From an uncultured Candidatus Saccharibacteria bacterium (GTDB lineage: Bacteria; Patescibacteriota; UBA1384; XYA2-FULL-43-10; 1-14-0-10-43-13), in assembly GCA_964628585.1 (NCBI GenBank), contig CAZVMH010000005.1:2491-66490 (forward strand): a stretch of DNA of 64,000 nt, read 5' to 3'. Shown here piece after piece: positions 35,470-45,476 of this stretch. The notes under the pieces are model-generated. The model worked only from the letters and a program-made list of their open reading frames with translations, searched no databases and had not been told where the DNA came from. The first letter of the stretch is position 1. Each line of letters begins with the position of its first letter. The translations under genes and the position numbers were made by a program.

Positions 35470-35880
35470 TTTGTGCCACATGACCGTGGCCAAAATTATT
35501 TTTTTCCGACATACCTCGCCGGAGGAGGCCGGAGCTGGCGACCGCGCCGCCGGCGCGGTATTCTTCTTCGCTGTGCTAAAAAGCCGATCCTGCCATGGTC
35601 GAGGATGCTCTTCAGCATACCGTCGTCGCGATCGCCGTCCGGTTTTTGTCAAGCCGCGTACTGCGTAGGGGTGCAAGACCCTTTTGGACGCGGCTTCTTG
35701 CAGGAAGCACTACCCCCTAGGACTGCCACGGGGCAGGCTCCTCTGCAAGTCTTAATGGGCTGGCTGGCTACGGACCAGTGATTGTGCATCATCCTTGTCA
35801 TCGTCTGACAAGAACGGCGACACTTTACTGGATGTGCCAGCCAACTACCTTGCCCGCATCTTTCGATGCGAAGCGAAATA
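35470..35880. other. GC-rich (about 55-60% GC) non-coding island of about 400 bp in the grpE-dnaK spacer. Candidate structured ncRNA or remnant of foreign DNA. The strand is undetermined.
   Basis: Abrupt composition shift relative to flanks of about 33% GC. Many short GC hairpins (ccgcgccg/cggcgcgg, gcttcttgcaggaagc, cgcatctttcgatgcg). The ORFs called here are Arg-rich, overlap grpE antisense, and look non-coding. Confidence 0.3.
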
Positions 35881-36236
35881 GCGAACCGATGCGTAAAAAT
35901 ATAGCATAATGCTAAACATATGTCAATACTTCATTAGTTAAAAGTCAAAAAGTTTATAAAGTCAACAAAAAAGAGCTTGATCTATTCGACGAAGTTTATA
36001 TTGAGCTTGTCGAATATGCTCTAATTCAAAAGCTGACAAAAACAACTCTTGACAACGATATAAATGTAAAGTACACTTTACATTATAAGTAGTTTGAATT
36101 TACCATTTCCCATTGGTCATTTGCCATCAATTTATCAATTATCATTTAATGATTTAGAACAAATGTAAAATGTACAATGGGAAATTAATGAAAATTGAGA
36201 ATTGATAAATGAAAAATATTTTAAGAAAGGAATAGT

Positions 36237-38138
36237 ATGAGCAAAATCATCGGTATCGATTTGGGTACAACCAACTCCGCCGTAGCCGTAATGGAGGGTG
36301 GTGAGGCAAAAATTATTAACACAGCTGAGGGCGGAAGAACCTGTCCTTCCATTGTGGCTGAAACTAAAAAAGGCGACCGACTTGTTGGTCAACTTGCAAA
36401 AAGACAAGCCGTAACCAATCCAGAGAACACTGTTTTCTCGGTTAAACGTTTCATCGGACGAGATTTCGATGACAAAGAAGTACAGGCCGATCTTAAAAAG
36501 ATGCCTTACAAAACTAAAAAAGCATCTGATGGTTCTGTAAAAATAGTTTTGCAGGATAAAGAATATAGCCCACAAGAAATCTCTGCTGCCATTTTAGGCA
36601 AACTTAAAACTGATGCAGAAACTTTTCTTGGTGAGAAAATTACCGACGCTGTTATTACCGTGCCTGCATATTTTAATGATTCACAAAGACAAGCAACCAA
36701 AGACGCTGGTGAAATTGCGGGCTTGACTGTAAAGAGAATTATCAATGAACCAACTGCAGCTGCTCTTGCTTATGGCTTAGACAAGAAAAAGAGCGAAAAG
36801 ATCGCTGTATATGACTTTGGTGGTGGTACCTTTGATATTACAATTTTGGAGCTCGGCGAGGGTGTATTTGAAGTTCTTTCAACCAATGGTGACACTCACC
36901 TCGGTGGTGACGATGTTGACCAAGATATAATGGACCATATTATCGACGAGTTTAAGAAAGATCAAGGAATCGATCTGCATGAAGATAAAGCGGCCATTCA
37001 GAGAGTAAAGGAAGCTGCTGAAAAAGCTAAAATTGAGCTTTCAACTACAACTGAATCGGAGATCAACTTACCTTTCGTAACTGCAGATGCATCTGGACCA
37101 AAACATTTGCAAATAACCCTGACTCGCGCTAAGCTCGAGCAGTTGACTGCACCTTTCATTGAACGATCACTTAAACCTTGTGAAACCGTTCTTAAAGACG
37201 CAAAGCTTAAAACAACTGATATCGACGAGGTAATTTTGGTTGGTGGCATGACTCGAATGCCAGCCGTACGAGAAGCGGTAAAGAAATTCTTCGGCAAAGA
37301 GCCAAATCACTCCGTTAACCCAGACGAAGCCGTCGCCGTTGGCGCTGCTATCCAAGGCGGTGTACTCGGTGGCGAGGTCAAAGATCTATTGCTTTTGGAT
37401 GTAACTCCCCTTTCTCTTGGAATTGAGACTTTGGGTGGCGTTTCGACTAAATTGATAGAGAAAAACGCTACTATTCCAACCTCAAAATCACAGGTATTCT
37501 CGACTGCAGACGACAATCAAACCAGAGTGGAGATTCACGTTCTTCAAGGTGAACGTGAAATGGCTGCTGACAACAAAACTTTAGGCAGATTTATTCTAGA
37601 TGGTATCCCTCCAGCACCCCGTGGAATCCCTCAGGTTGAAGTTACATTTGATATCGATGCAAACGGCATCGTCAATGTTAAAGCGACCGATAAGGCTACT
37701 GGCAAGGAACAGAGAATTACTATTACTGCTTCTTCTGGCCTCTCCAAAGAGGAAATTGAGCGTATGAAACAAGATGCAGAAGCTCACGCCGATGAAGACA
37801 AGAAAAAGCGCGAACTTATCGATCTTAAAAACCAAGCAGACACGATCATTTATACCGCCGAAAAGACTATTTCTGATGCCGGAGACAAGATCGATTCCAA
37901 CCTAAAGAGCGACGTTGAGGCTAAGATTACTTCGCTCAAAGGCGTAAAAGATTCCGATAACGCTGAGGAAATTAAAACTCAGGTTGAGACCTTGAGCAAA
38001 TCCCTTCAGGAAGTTGGTACTCAAATGTATCAGAACGCCCAGAAGGAAGCCGACAAAGCGTCCGAAGCTAAGACAGAAGAGCCAAAAGAGGAAGAAGCTA
38101 AACCAGAAGAAGAGAAAACGGCCGAAGAGACAAAATAA
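36237..38138 (+). CDS. dnaK: Molecular chaperone DnaK (Hsp70).
   Basis: [10 protein letters not shown]...DLGGGTFD...[11 protein letters not shown]. Length 633 aa. SD AAGGAAtagtATG. Confidence 0.97.
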   Translation: MSKIIGIDLGTTNSAVAVMEGGEAKIINTAEGGRTCPSIVAETKKGDRLVGQLAKRQAVTNPENTVFSVKRFIGRDFDDKEVQADLKKMPYKTKKASDGSVKIVLQDKEYSPQEISAAILGKLKTDAETFLGEKITDAVITVPAYFNDSQRQATKDAGEIAGLTVKRIINEPTAAALAYGLDKKKSEKIAVYDFGGGTFDITILELGEGVFEVLSTNGDTHLGGDDVDQDIMDHIIDEFKKDQGIDLHEDKAAIQRVKEAAEKAKIELSTTTESEINLPFVTADASGPKHLQITLTRAKLEQLTAPFIERSLKPCETVLKDAKLKTTDIDEVILVGGMTRMPAVREAVKKFFGKEPNHSVNPDEAVAVGAAIQGGVLGGEVKDLLLLDVTPLSLGIETLGGVSTKLIEKNATIPTSKSQVFSTADDNQTRVEIHVLQGEREMAADNKTLGRFILDGIPPAPRGIPQVEVTFDIDANGIVNVKATDKATGKEQRITITASSGLSKEEIERMKQDAEAHADEDKKKRELIDLKNQADTIIYTAEKTISDAGDKIDSNLKSDVEAKITSLKGVKDSDNAEEIKTQVETLSKSLQEVGTQMYQNAQKEADKASEAKTEEPKEEEAKPEEEKTAEETK

Positions 38139-38302
38139 TTCCTTTTTGATAAGACGCCTCGAGTAATATCGGGGCGTTTATCGGGAATTATTAAAATTAA
38201 CCTAATTGCACTAATTGATCTAAACCAGTACAATTATTTATTGGTGCTTGGATCTTAGGATTTGATTAGAATAATTAAAAATTAGAATAATTAGAGCAAT
38301 TA

Positions 38303-38947
38303 ATGAGTAAAAACTATTACGATATTCTGGGCCTCTCTAAATCCGCCACTGCGGATGAGATTAAGCGTGCTTATAGAAAACTTGCTCACCAATATCACCC
38401 TGATAAGGGCGGCTCTGCTGAAGATGAAAGGAAATTTAAAGAAGTTTCCGAAGCCTATCAGGTCCTTTCCAATACAGAGAAGCGCCAGCAATATGATCAG
38501 TACGGTCAAGCTTTTGATCAAAGGTCTCGATCTGGTGGTCAAGCAGGCGGGTTTGATGGCTTTGACTTTTCTGATTTTACCGGCCCCGAAGGGGCCCCCT
38601 TTGGGGGCTTTGGTGGTTTTGGCGATATCTTTGAGGATTTTTTTGGTCAAGCTTTTTCTCAAGTTCAAGCAGAAGTCTCTGTCTCTCCCGCCCAAGCAGT
38701 TTTGGGCGATAAATTGTCCCTAAGCATTGGAGGCGAGAAAGTTGAGATCAATCTTCCAGCTGGAATTCAAACCGGAACAACTTTTCGTATTCCTGGTAAA
38801 GGCAAATCCTACAAAGGCGGACAAAAGGGCGATTTGCTCTTGACAGTTAAGATTGAAATGCCTAAACGGTTATCAAATCAACAAAAAGAACTCTGGGAAC
38901 AGCTCCGCAATCTCGATAAAAACGGAAAACGAAGCTGGTGGGGATAA
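38303..38947 (+). CDS. J-domain co-chaperone (DnaJ-like, 214 aa) with a G/F-rich region but no Cys-rich zinc-finger domain.
   Basis: [31 protein letters not shown] (HPD motif). [34 protein letters not shown]. No CxxCxGxG repeats. Confidence 0.85.
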   Translation: MSKNYYDILGLSKSATADEIKRAYRKLAHQYHPDKGGSAEDERKFKEVSEAYQVLSNTEKRQQYDQYGQAFDQRSRSGGQAGGFDGFDFSDFTGPEGAPFGGFGGFGDIFEDFFGQAFSQVQAEVSVSPAQAVLGDKLSLSIGGEKVEINLPAGIQTGTTFRIPGKGKSYKGGQKGDLLLTVKIEMPKRLSNQQKELWEQLRNLDKNGKRSWWG

Positions 38948-39203
38948 GTTTTCTATTTGACACCACTACCCTCTTTGCGAGATAATGATCTTAAGAAAAT
39001 TAAGGTCGAAGGGCATGGGAGCCTGTTTTATAACTGCTCTTGAAACGAGAACGAGATTATTTCGAGCGAAAAATTCAAAGCGTGAGAAGGGATAGCCAAA
39101 GCTATATCGACGAGCGATTTGTGTTTTGCAGCCAAAATAAGCCGTTAGCAGTTATCGGATGTAGTTATTAAACAGGCTCTGATACCGCGACCGTGGAGGG
39201 AAC

Positions 39204-39707
39204 GTGCAACAGCTACCCAGCGTTGACATTTTTATTGGGTTGGCCTATATTCTTGGAATTACTTATGGCTTCGTCTTAAAACGAGACAAGACCATAACTA
39301 CTTTGTGCTCCGTTTATGTTGGCTTAGTTATCGCCTCCTCTTTTTCTGAAACTGTATATAAATTTTTTAATGGCAATGCCACGATTGCTAATCAAATATG
39401 GATTCGCTCAAACGCTTCTCTCTCAACAATATCGATAGTTTTACTATTGCTTTCGATAGTTTTCGTATCTGGTGCCATTAATTCGACCACCAATCGCTCT
39501 TCCGATATTTCTGCCATCGAAGTAGTTATTTATAGCGCCTTCACAATCTCGTTAATAATTTCTTCCGTTTTGTATTTCCTCCCTCTCGAAACCAGAAATC
39601 ATTTCGTCGAGATATCAAAGGCAGCAAAATATCTTTATAACTATCGCACCCTCATCGTCATCGGTGCACCGTTAATGATTATTTTATTAGGATTAAGGAA
39701 GAAATAA
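39204..39707 (+). CDS. Membrane protein (about 4 TM), unknown function. The annotated GTG start is doubtful.
   Basis: Hydrophobic helices. A near-consensus sigma70-like promoter (TTGACA-N17-TATATT, 39224-39252) lies inside the 5' end of the predicted ORF. Confidence 0.45.
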   Translation: MQQLPSVDIFIGLAYILGITYGFVLKRDKTITTLCSVYVGLVIASSFSETVYKFFNGNATIANQIWIRSNASLSTISIVLLLLSIVFVSGAINSTTNRSSDISAIEVVIYSAFTISLIISSVLYFLPLETRNHFVEISKAAKYLYNYRTLIVIGAPLMIILLGLRKK

Positions 39708-39715
39708 GGAGAACA

Positions 39716-41872
39716 ATGAAGATTGAATGGGGAAACTATAAGTTAACAAAGTTATCAAAGTGGTTGCTCCTAGCTCTTCTTGTTGTCATTATTGCCTCAG
39801 CTGCATACTGCTATTTCTTTATATATAAGAAGACAAGTACTCCTGGTCCTCAAAATTCCGACAAAAAATATAGTTTGTCTCTATATACATACATTCAAAA
39901 TGATAAAGCTCATATTTCAGCATACGACCCAATCACTAGTAAACACTATGATATTCTAACCATTGATTGGAAAGATAAAGATGGTTATTACGGTTTTAAT
40001 GCCTCTTACTCTTCCGCTCGAGACCAAATTGTTTTTAATACAATGAGCGGACTTTCTGTTTATGATTTAAAAACAAAAGAGCAGAAAGAGTTAGTTAAGA
40101 ACTATAAAGGAGCGAAAGATATCGACGTATCCAACTATCGTTCACCTGTTTGGTCTAACAATAGTAAAAAGATAGTTTATTTTAAAGCTGGCTATGAAGG
40201 TGGAAATTATGGCATGATGGATCCCGACGGAAGTAATGCTAAAGATATCGAAGGCGAAGGTGGCTATAATTTCATTTGGAAACCAGACTCGACTGAATAT
40301 GCAATTGGAAGTTCAGGAGGAATGGCCACTGGACCAGGGATAAATGTCAGTTTGGCTGATCCCATTACTAAAACTAAACAGATCTTATCGACGAAGGAAT
40401 TAAGAGACGTTGATAGCCTGGTTTGGCTAGATAAAATATATTTTTCTGGGACTAAGCAAAATGTGAACGCTGGTGACAACAATTTATATCAGATTCTTTC
40501 AGTTAATGCCGACGGTACAGATGTTAAAGTCATCGATAAGGATGAATACAATAATCAAAATTTAATTTCTGACGGCGACGAAACATTGTATTACACGAAG
40601 TATTTGGCTAAATCAGTTGATAATCAGAGAAAATCCGCCGGGGTTCATATGATTAAAAAAGATGGCACAGGAAAAGAACCTGTCTATCAAGACGGCGATA
40701 AACAAATTTTTGTTCAGGCTGTAGATAGCGATTATCTGGCGATGAAGAGCTCGACAAACGACTGGTCAAATGAAGCAATTAAAACATTGGTATTGTATGA
40801 CAAAACCACCAAAAAGGCCTCCATGGTTGGCGAAGGAACAAGAATCGAATTCTTTGACTGGATAAAAAGCAATAAATTGCCATCAGAATTGGTCGAAGCT
40901 ACAGCTCCCAAGCCAACAGAGGCGGAACTAAAAGCCTATTCTGACAGCATGAAGTCTCATGGTTACTTATCTAGAACTTACTATGATTACTGCTGGGATT
41001 ACGATTGTCAGTCTGCTACTTATCCTTATGCCAAAAAGGCTAAAAGCGAGACACCAGAAATTATTTCTCTTTCTGAAAAACCCCAACTTCTAACAGGCAA
41101 GGTGACTATACCTGTTATATATTTTTATACAGACACCCCGCTTACAGATGAACATATGAACATTCTCAATAATGATGCTACGGCTCTTGATTCATTCGCA
41201 AGAGTTTCAAAATGGATAAACGAACAGGGCAAAGCAGCCGGAAAAACGCTTGAATTTAGTTTCGACCTCAAAGGTCAGAGCGCAATTGATGCAGGCTGTG
41301 TGACATATAGTGGCACGGATAAAACCTTTGATACAAAATGTATAAGTGATACCGTTTCAAAACTTTACCCAGGTCTTGCCAATGCTCCAGTTGTAATAAC
41401 CGTAATGGCCAATATGAACGCTTATGCTGCCTCAACTAACTTTGAAATTTCTACGGGCAAAAATCTGTTTCTAATTGGTTTTTCTTTCGCGTCATCAATC
41501 GAGTATATTAAAACCAGCACTTATTATGCCACTGAGGAACAAAAGGCAGCAGAAATTAAGAAGAGGATGTATGATAGCAACTATATGGGATGGGATTATC
41601 GAATCAAGAATTTGCTCGCACTATTTGGAGCTAAAGATAAAAATGCTACATACAAAACACCTGCTAAATCTGATTCGCCCGGCTGTTTTGTTGGCAACAG
41701 CGATAGCGTTATGTGCGACCGTAATGTCAATTCCAGCAATGTAGTAAAGAAATTTAACGAGAAAGTAATTGATGAAATTACATGGAAGGAGCTTGGCTGG
41801 TACGACGCAGACGGCGATGGAATAATGGAAGTAAATGACAAATGTCCATTTGATAAAACAAATAAGTGTTAA
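39716..41872 (+). CDS. Large secreted/membrane-anchored protein (718 aa). Domains: N-terminal TM, TolB/PD40-like beta-propeller region, Cys-containing C-terminal region ending with a dockerin/TSP3-like Ca-binding loop.
   Basis: N-terminal anchor LLLALLVVIIASAAYCYFFIY. Propeller-like repeats (IVFNTMSGLSVYDLKT; KIVYFKAGYEGGNYGMMDPDGSNAKDI). C-terminal WYDADGDGIMEVNDKC. Confidence 0.6.
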   Translation: MKIEWGNYKLTKLSKWLLLALLVVIIASAAYCYFFIYKKTSTPGPQNSDKKYSLSLYTYIQNDKAHISAYDPITSKHYDILTIDWKDKDGYYGFNASYSSARDQIVFNTMSGLSVYDLKTKEQKELVKNYKGAKDIDVSNYRSPVWSNNSKKIVYFKAGYEGGNYGMMDPDGSNAKDIEGEGGYNFIWKPDSTEYAIGSSGGMATGPGINVSLADPITKTKQILSTKELRDVDSLVWLDKIYFSGTKQNVNAGDNNLYQILSVNADGTDVKVIDKDEYNNQNLISDGDETLYYTKYLAKSVDNQRKSAGVHMIKKDGTGKEPVYQDGDKQIFVQAVDSDYLAMKSSTNDWSNEAIKTLVLYDKTTKKASMVGEGTRIEFFDWIKSNKLPSELVEATAPKPTEAELKAYSDSMKSHGYLSRTYYDYCWDYDCQSATYPYAKKAKSETPEIISLSEKPQLLTGKVTIPVIYFYTDTPLTDEHMNILNNDATALDSFARVSKWINEQGKAAGKTLEFSFDLKGQSAIDAGCVTYSGTDKTFDTKCISDTVSKLYPGLANAPVVITVMANMNAYAASTNFEISTGKNLFLIGFSFASSIEYIKTSTYYATEEQKAAEIKKRMYDSNYMGWDYRIKNLLALFGAKDKNATYKTPAKSDSPGCFVGNSDSVMCDRNVNSSNVVKKFNEKVIDEITWKELGWYDADGDGIMEVNDKCPFDKTNKC

Positions 41873-41889
41873 TAAATAGGAATTAATAT

Positions 41890-42231
41890 ATGTATCTAAT
41901 TTTAAGATGGATTTTAAATGCTCTAATACTGCTCTTGGTTTCTTATATTGTACCGGGAGTAAAATTCGCGGGGAACTGGGCCCTATTCTGGACTGTGATT
42001 GTATTTGGGTTAGTTAATGCCTTGATCCGACCATTGATATTGCTTTTGACTTTGCCCGTCAATATTTTAACTCTTGGACTTTTTACTCTCATAATAAACG
42101 CGCTGATGTTCTGGCTCACTTCTTCGATCGTTAAAGGATTTGAGGTTCAGGGTTTCTGGTCCGCCTTCTGGGGTGCCCTTGTCTACTGGCTTTTAGTAAT
42201 GTTTGTAAACTATATATCGAGCAAGAAATAG
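41890..42231 (+). CDS. DUF360-family (YvlD-like, phage-holin-IV-like) small membrane protein.
   Basis: MYLILRWILNALILLLVSYIVPGVKF...LVNALIRPLILLLTLPVNILTLGLFTLIINALMFWLTSSIV is the characteristic DUF360 pattern. Confidence 0.7.
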   Translation: MYLILRWILNALILLLVSYIVPGVKFAGNWALFWTVIVFGLVNALIRPLILLLTLPVNILTLGLFTLIINALMFWLTSSIVKGFEVQGFWSAFWGALVYWLLVMFVNYISSKK

Positions 42232-42241
42232 GTTCTAATAA

Positions 42242-42271
42242 AAAAATACCAACTGATAGTTGGTATTTTTT
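42242..42271. terminator. Bidirectional rho-independent terminator (7-bp stem taccaac/gttggta, A6 upstream and T7 downstream). It serves the + strand DUF360 gene and the - strand tRNA-Lys.
   Basis: aaaaaaTACCAACtgataGTTGGTAttttttt read directly. Confidence 0.75.
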
Positions 42272-42346
42272 TGGTGGGCCGCCTGGGACTCGAACCCAGA
42301 ACCAATGGCTTAAAAGGCCACTGCTCTACCATTGAGCTAACAGCCC
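42272..42346 (-). tRNA. tRNA-Lys (anticodon UUU), CCA encoded.
   Basis: Reverse complement GGGCTGTTAGCTCAATGGTAGAGCAGTGGCCTTTTAAGCCATTGGTTCTGGGTTCGAGTCCCAGGCGGCCCACCA. It folds as a cloverleaf with a 7-bp acceptor stem (two G-U), D-arm GCTC/GAGC, anticodon loop CTTTTAA, and T-arm CTGGG-TTCGAGT-CCCAG. Confidence 0.9.
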
Positions 42347-42416
42347 AAAAAATAATTTACTCTATATTTATATCAAAAAATTGCTCTTTTGGCAAGAATC
42401 GAGATTAGCGTTAATA

Positions 42417-42758
42417 TTACTTTTTTGCTAGTTCAAGTTTGTGAAGTCTATTTTGTAGTAATTTGATTTGTTTTTTAACATCAAGAATATCTTCGGCAAA
42501 GGCATCGCCATCTTCCATTGTTCGTTTTTCGATCTTATCAAGCCTTTCATTTATTTCTGCAATTTCTTTTTTGATATAGAAAATACCTTCTGACATTCGG
42601 TCAACTTTTGCTTCAAGGCCATCGAACCTCTGGTCAACTTGATCAAAACGTTTGTCAATCTGTTCAAATCGTTTGTCAATTTTCCCAAATTTACCATCTT
42701 GATGGCTGAATTGTTTTTGGATCATTTGTGCTAGATCCTCGATTGTCATCTTCGCCAT
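42417..42758 (-). CDS. Small coiled-coil protein (113 aa) with a tandem degenerate heptad/undecad repeat (KIDKRFEQIDKRFDQVDQRFDGLEAKVDRM).
   Basis: Repeat read directly from the translation. No TM segment or signal peptide. Confidence 0.5.
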   Translation of the reverse strand: MAKMTIEDLAQMIQKQFSHQDGKFGKIDKRFEQIDKRFDQVDQRFDGLEAKVDRMSEGIFYIKKEIAEINERLDKIEKRTMEDGDAFAEDILDVKKQIKLLQNRLHKLELAKK

Positions 42759-42808
42759 TTTTTCTCCTTGTTTTCATTGTAGGAGTTGAAGATATATATT
42801 GTCAAATT

Positions 42809-44605
42809 TTATTCGTTCCTCAAAACTTTTATAAACACATCGGTTGGGAGTTCCACTCGGCCGATTGATTTCATTTTCTTCTTACCTTTTTTCTGCTTGT
42901 CTAGGAGCTTGTTTTTTCGTGTTACGTCGCCACCATAAAGGCCACTCGTAACATCTTTGCGAAAAGGGGAGAGCTTTTCCGAAGCAATTATTTTTGCCCC
43001 AATAGAGGCTTGAATTTTGATTTCGAAGTTTTGGCGGGGAATAAGAGTTTTTAGTTTTTCTACAATTCTTCGTGCTTCGCTCTGTGCCTTGCTAGTGTGG
43101 ACAATGAAGCTTAAGGCATCAACTTTTTCTTCAGCAATCAAAATATCAACTTTTTCTAAGTCAGCAATTTTATAGTCCAGTATTTCATAATTCATTGAAG
43201 CATAACCGGACGAAAGGCTTTTGAGCTGATCATACAAATCGATAATGACTTCAGAAAGGGGAATCTCATATTTAATAATTGCCCGTTGTTCATCTAGAAA
43301 TTCTGTATTTAAATAAACCGCTCTTCGTTTTTGGACCGCATCCATTAGGCCGCCAATATAATCTTTTGGTGTAAAGATCTCAAGCTTGACCCAAGGCTCC
43401 TTAGCTTCGCGATAGTCGCCTTTTGAGGGCATGTCTGAAGGCTTAGCCACTGTATCTCGCGTATTATCGTTTCTTAAAATTTCATACTTTACGGTAGGGC
43501 TAGAAATGACAAGTGAAAGGTTATATTCCCGCTCCAATCTTTCGCGAACGATGTCGAGGTGAAGAAGCCCTAAAAATCCACAACGGAAGCCAAAGCCCAA
43601 GGCGGGGGATTGTTCAGTCTCATAAGTTAGGGAAGCGTCATTTAATTTAAGTTTTTCAATCGCCACTTTCAAATCTGGATAATCTCCCCCATCTACGCAG
43701 TAAATTGAGGCAAAGACCATTGGGGCGACTTTTTTATAGCCGGGCAGGGGAGAGTCGCTTGGATTTTTCTTAAGTGTAACAGTGTCACCAACTCGAGCTT
43801 CGGAAACATCACGAAAACCGGTCACGATGTAGCCAATTTCGCCAGCCGAAAGGGGAGTGTGGGGAACAAATTTTGGTGAGAAATAACCAGTTTCTATTAC
43901 GTCTCCCCCACTTTTACTTTGGATTAAAACAATTTCGGAATTTTTTTCTATCTTGCCATCAAAGACACGGACGTAGGCCACCACTCCGCGATAGGAGTCA
44001 TAGATAGAATCAAAAATAAGGGCACGAGTTAGCCCGTCCGTGTTCTCCGATTTTGTGGTAGAGACCGGTGAAGGAATTTTTTTGACGATGATATCTAGCA
44101 GTTCTTTTACTCCATCGCCTGTCTTGCCAGATACTTCGAGAATATCTTCTCTTTTGCATCCCAAAATTTTGATGATCTCTTCGGCAACTTCGTCAGGCTT
44201 GGCGGCAGGAAGATCGATTTTATTTAGAACTGGGATGATCATGAGGTCATGTTCAATAGCCGCATAAAGGTTGGAGAGAGTTTGTGCTTCTACGCCCTGC
44301 GATGCATCCACAAGTAAAATAGCTCCTTCAACGGCTGCAAGAGATCGAGATACTTCATAAGAAAAATCGACATGGCCGGGAGTGTCAATGAGGTTGAGAA
44401 TTTTGTTATGCCAGAGCATTCGAACCGGTGCCAATTTGATTGTAATGCCTCGTTCGCGCTCCAAATCCATTTGATCGAGAAGTTGCGCCTGCATATTCCT
44501 TTTCTCAACCGTTCCGGTAATTTCAAGCATACGGTCAGCCAGAGTGGACTTACCATGATCAATATGAGCTATAATACAGAAATTTCTGATATTTTCCTGT
44601 TCCAT
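42809..44605 (-). CDS. lepA: Elongation factor 4 (LepA).
   Basis: IRNFCIIAHIDHGKSTLADR...DTPGHVDF...NKID. The C-terminal LepA-specific domain is present. Confidence 0.95.
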   Translation of the reverse strand: MEQENIRNFCIIAHIDHGKSTLADRMLEITGTVEKRNMQAQLLDQMDLERERGITIKLAPVRMLWHNKILNLIDTPGHVDFSYEVSRSLAAVEGAILLVDASQGVEAQTLSNLYAAIEHDLMIIPVLNKIDLPAAKPDEVAEEIIKILGCKREDILEVSGKTGDGVKELLDIIVKKIPSPVSTTKSENTDGLTRALIFDSIYDSYRGVVAYVRVFDGKIEKNSEIVLIQSKSGGDVIETGYFSPKFVPHTPLSAGEIGYIVTGFRDVSEARVGDTVTLKKNPSDSPLPGYKKVAPMVFASIYCVDGGDYPDLKVAIEKLKLNDASLTYETEQSPALGFGFRCGFLGLLHLDIVRERLEREYNLSLVISSPTVKYEILRNDNTRDTVAKPSDMPSKGDYREAKEPWVKLEIFTPKDYIGGLMDAVQKRRAVYLNTEFLDEQRAIIKYEIPLSEVIIDLYDQLKSLSSGYASMNYEILDYKIADLEKVDILIAEEKVDALSFIVHTSKAQSEARRIVEKLKTLIPRQNFEIKIQASIGAKIIASEKLSPFRKDVTSGLYGGDVTRKNKLLDKQKKGKKKMKSIGRVELPTDVFIKVLRNE

Positions 44606-44645
44606 AAGAGTAATTATATCAGAATTGAGCTCAAAAAACTAGCTA

Positions 44646-45476
44646 CTAAAAGCTTCGAAGTAGTTTCAACTGTTCCTCCCAAGAAGTTTCGTCTTGAGGA
44701 GTTTCAAGGATGCCGAATTTATCTTTAAGAAGAGGGTGTTTTAAGATATGCTCAAAAGCTTCTAGACCAATTTTGCCTTGTCCCAAGTCGGCATGGCGAT
44801 CTCTTTTGGAATTGATGTCAGTCTTAGAATCATTCAAGTGAAAACCAACTAATTTAGAAAGACCAATTTTTTGATCAAACGCATCAATAAAATCATCTAT
44901 ACAAGGAATGCAGGAAAAATCGGCCATGCCAGACTCAAAAGCGTGGGCAGTATCGATTAAGACTTTTACCCTGGGCGAGTTCACCGCTTTAATTATTGTT
45001 GCGATCTCATCGAGAGTATCTCCTATGACATTGCCTGCACCGGCAGAATTTTCAATTACAAAATCGACTGTTTCATCTGCGACCGCCAGTATTTCCTTTA
45101 TGGCTTTTTCGATTTTCTCTAATACTTCAGATAAATCGGCACCCTTGGTCGAGCCTAAGTGAACAGCCGTACCAATTGCTCCGATTTCTTTGGCCTTTTG
45201 CATATCATCGATAATAGATTTTTTGGAAGCTTCATAGAAAAACGGATTGTTTGAGGCAAGATTTATCAGGTAGATACTATGGATGATGATTGGACCGATA
45301 TTGTGTTCTTTTTTAAGTTTATTGAAACGGTCAATTTCTTCTTTTGCAATTGGAATAGGATTCCATCTTTGTGGCGGATTAACAAAAATTTGAATCGCTT
45401 CACAACTCAAAGTTGATGCCCGAATAATGGCATCTGAAAATGGCTTTGCGGTTGAAACATGTGCTCCAAATTTCAT
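44646..45476 (-). CDS. nfo: Endonuclease IV (AP endonuclease, Nfo family; TIM-barrel).
   Basis: KFGAHVS...IHSIYLINLAS...HLGS...DTAHAFESG...GFHLNDSK...RDRHADLGQGKIG matches the Nfo metal-binding motifs. Confidence 0.88.
   Translation of the reverse strand: MKFGAHVSTAKPFSDAIIRASTLSCEAIQIFVNPPQRWNPIPIAKEEIDRFNKLKKEHNIGPIIIHSIYLINLASNNPFFYEASKKSIIDDMQKAKEIGAIGTAVHLGSTKGADLSEVLEKIEKAIKEILAVADETVDFVIENSAGAGNVIGDTLDEIATIIKAVNSPRVKVLIDTAHAFESGMADFSCIPCIDDFIDAFDQKIGLSKLVGFHLNDSKTDINSKRDRHADLGQGKIGLEAFEHILKHPLLKDKFGILETPQDETSWEEQLKLLRSF

Noticed and set aside
35335-35781. Three ORFs (35335-35676 -, 35471-35668 +, 35473-35781 +) in the GC-rich island
   Set aside because: Arg/Pro/Gly-rich translations typical of random high-GC sequence. 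One overlaps the grpE 3' end antisense. No RBS or homology signal.
35470-35880. Identification of the GC-rich island as RNase P RNA, tmRNA or SRP RNA
   Set aside because: I could not find the P4 consensus (AGGAAAGUCCGGGCUC / ACAGAACCCGGCUUA), a tRNA-like T-arm with terminal CCA, or the SRP domain-IV GNRA/AGCAGC motif on either strand. Left as unassigned.
36135-36575. 146-aa minus-strand ORF overlapping the dnaK start
   Set aside because: It overlaps the highly conserved dnaK N-terminus antisense and its AT-rich leader. Spurious.
38139-38175. Terminator after dnaK
   Set aside because: Only a weak 5-6-bp stem (acgcc/ggcgt) with a 13-nt loop and no clean T-run. Not reported as a feature.
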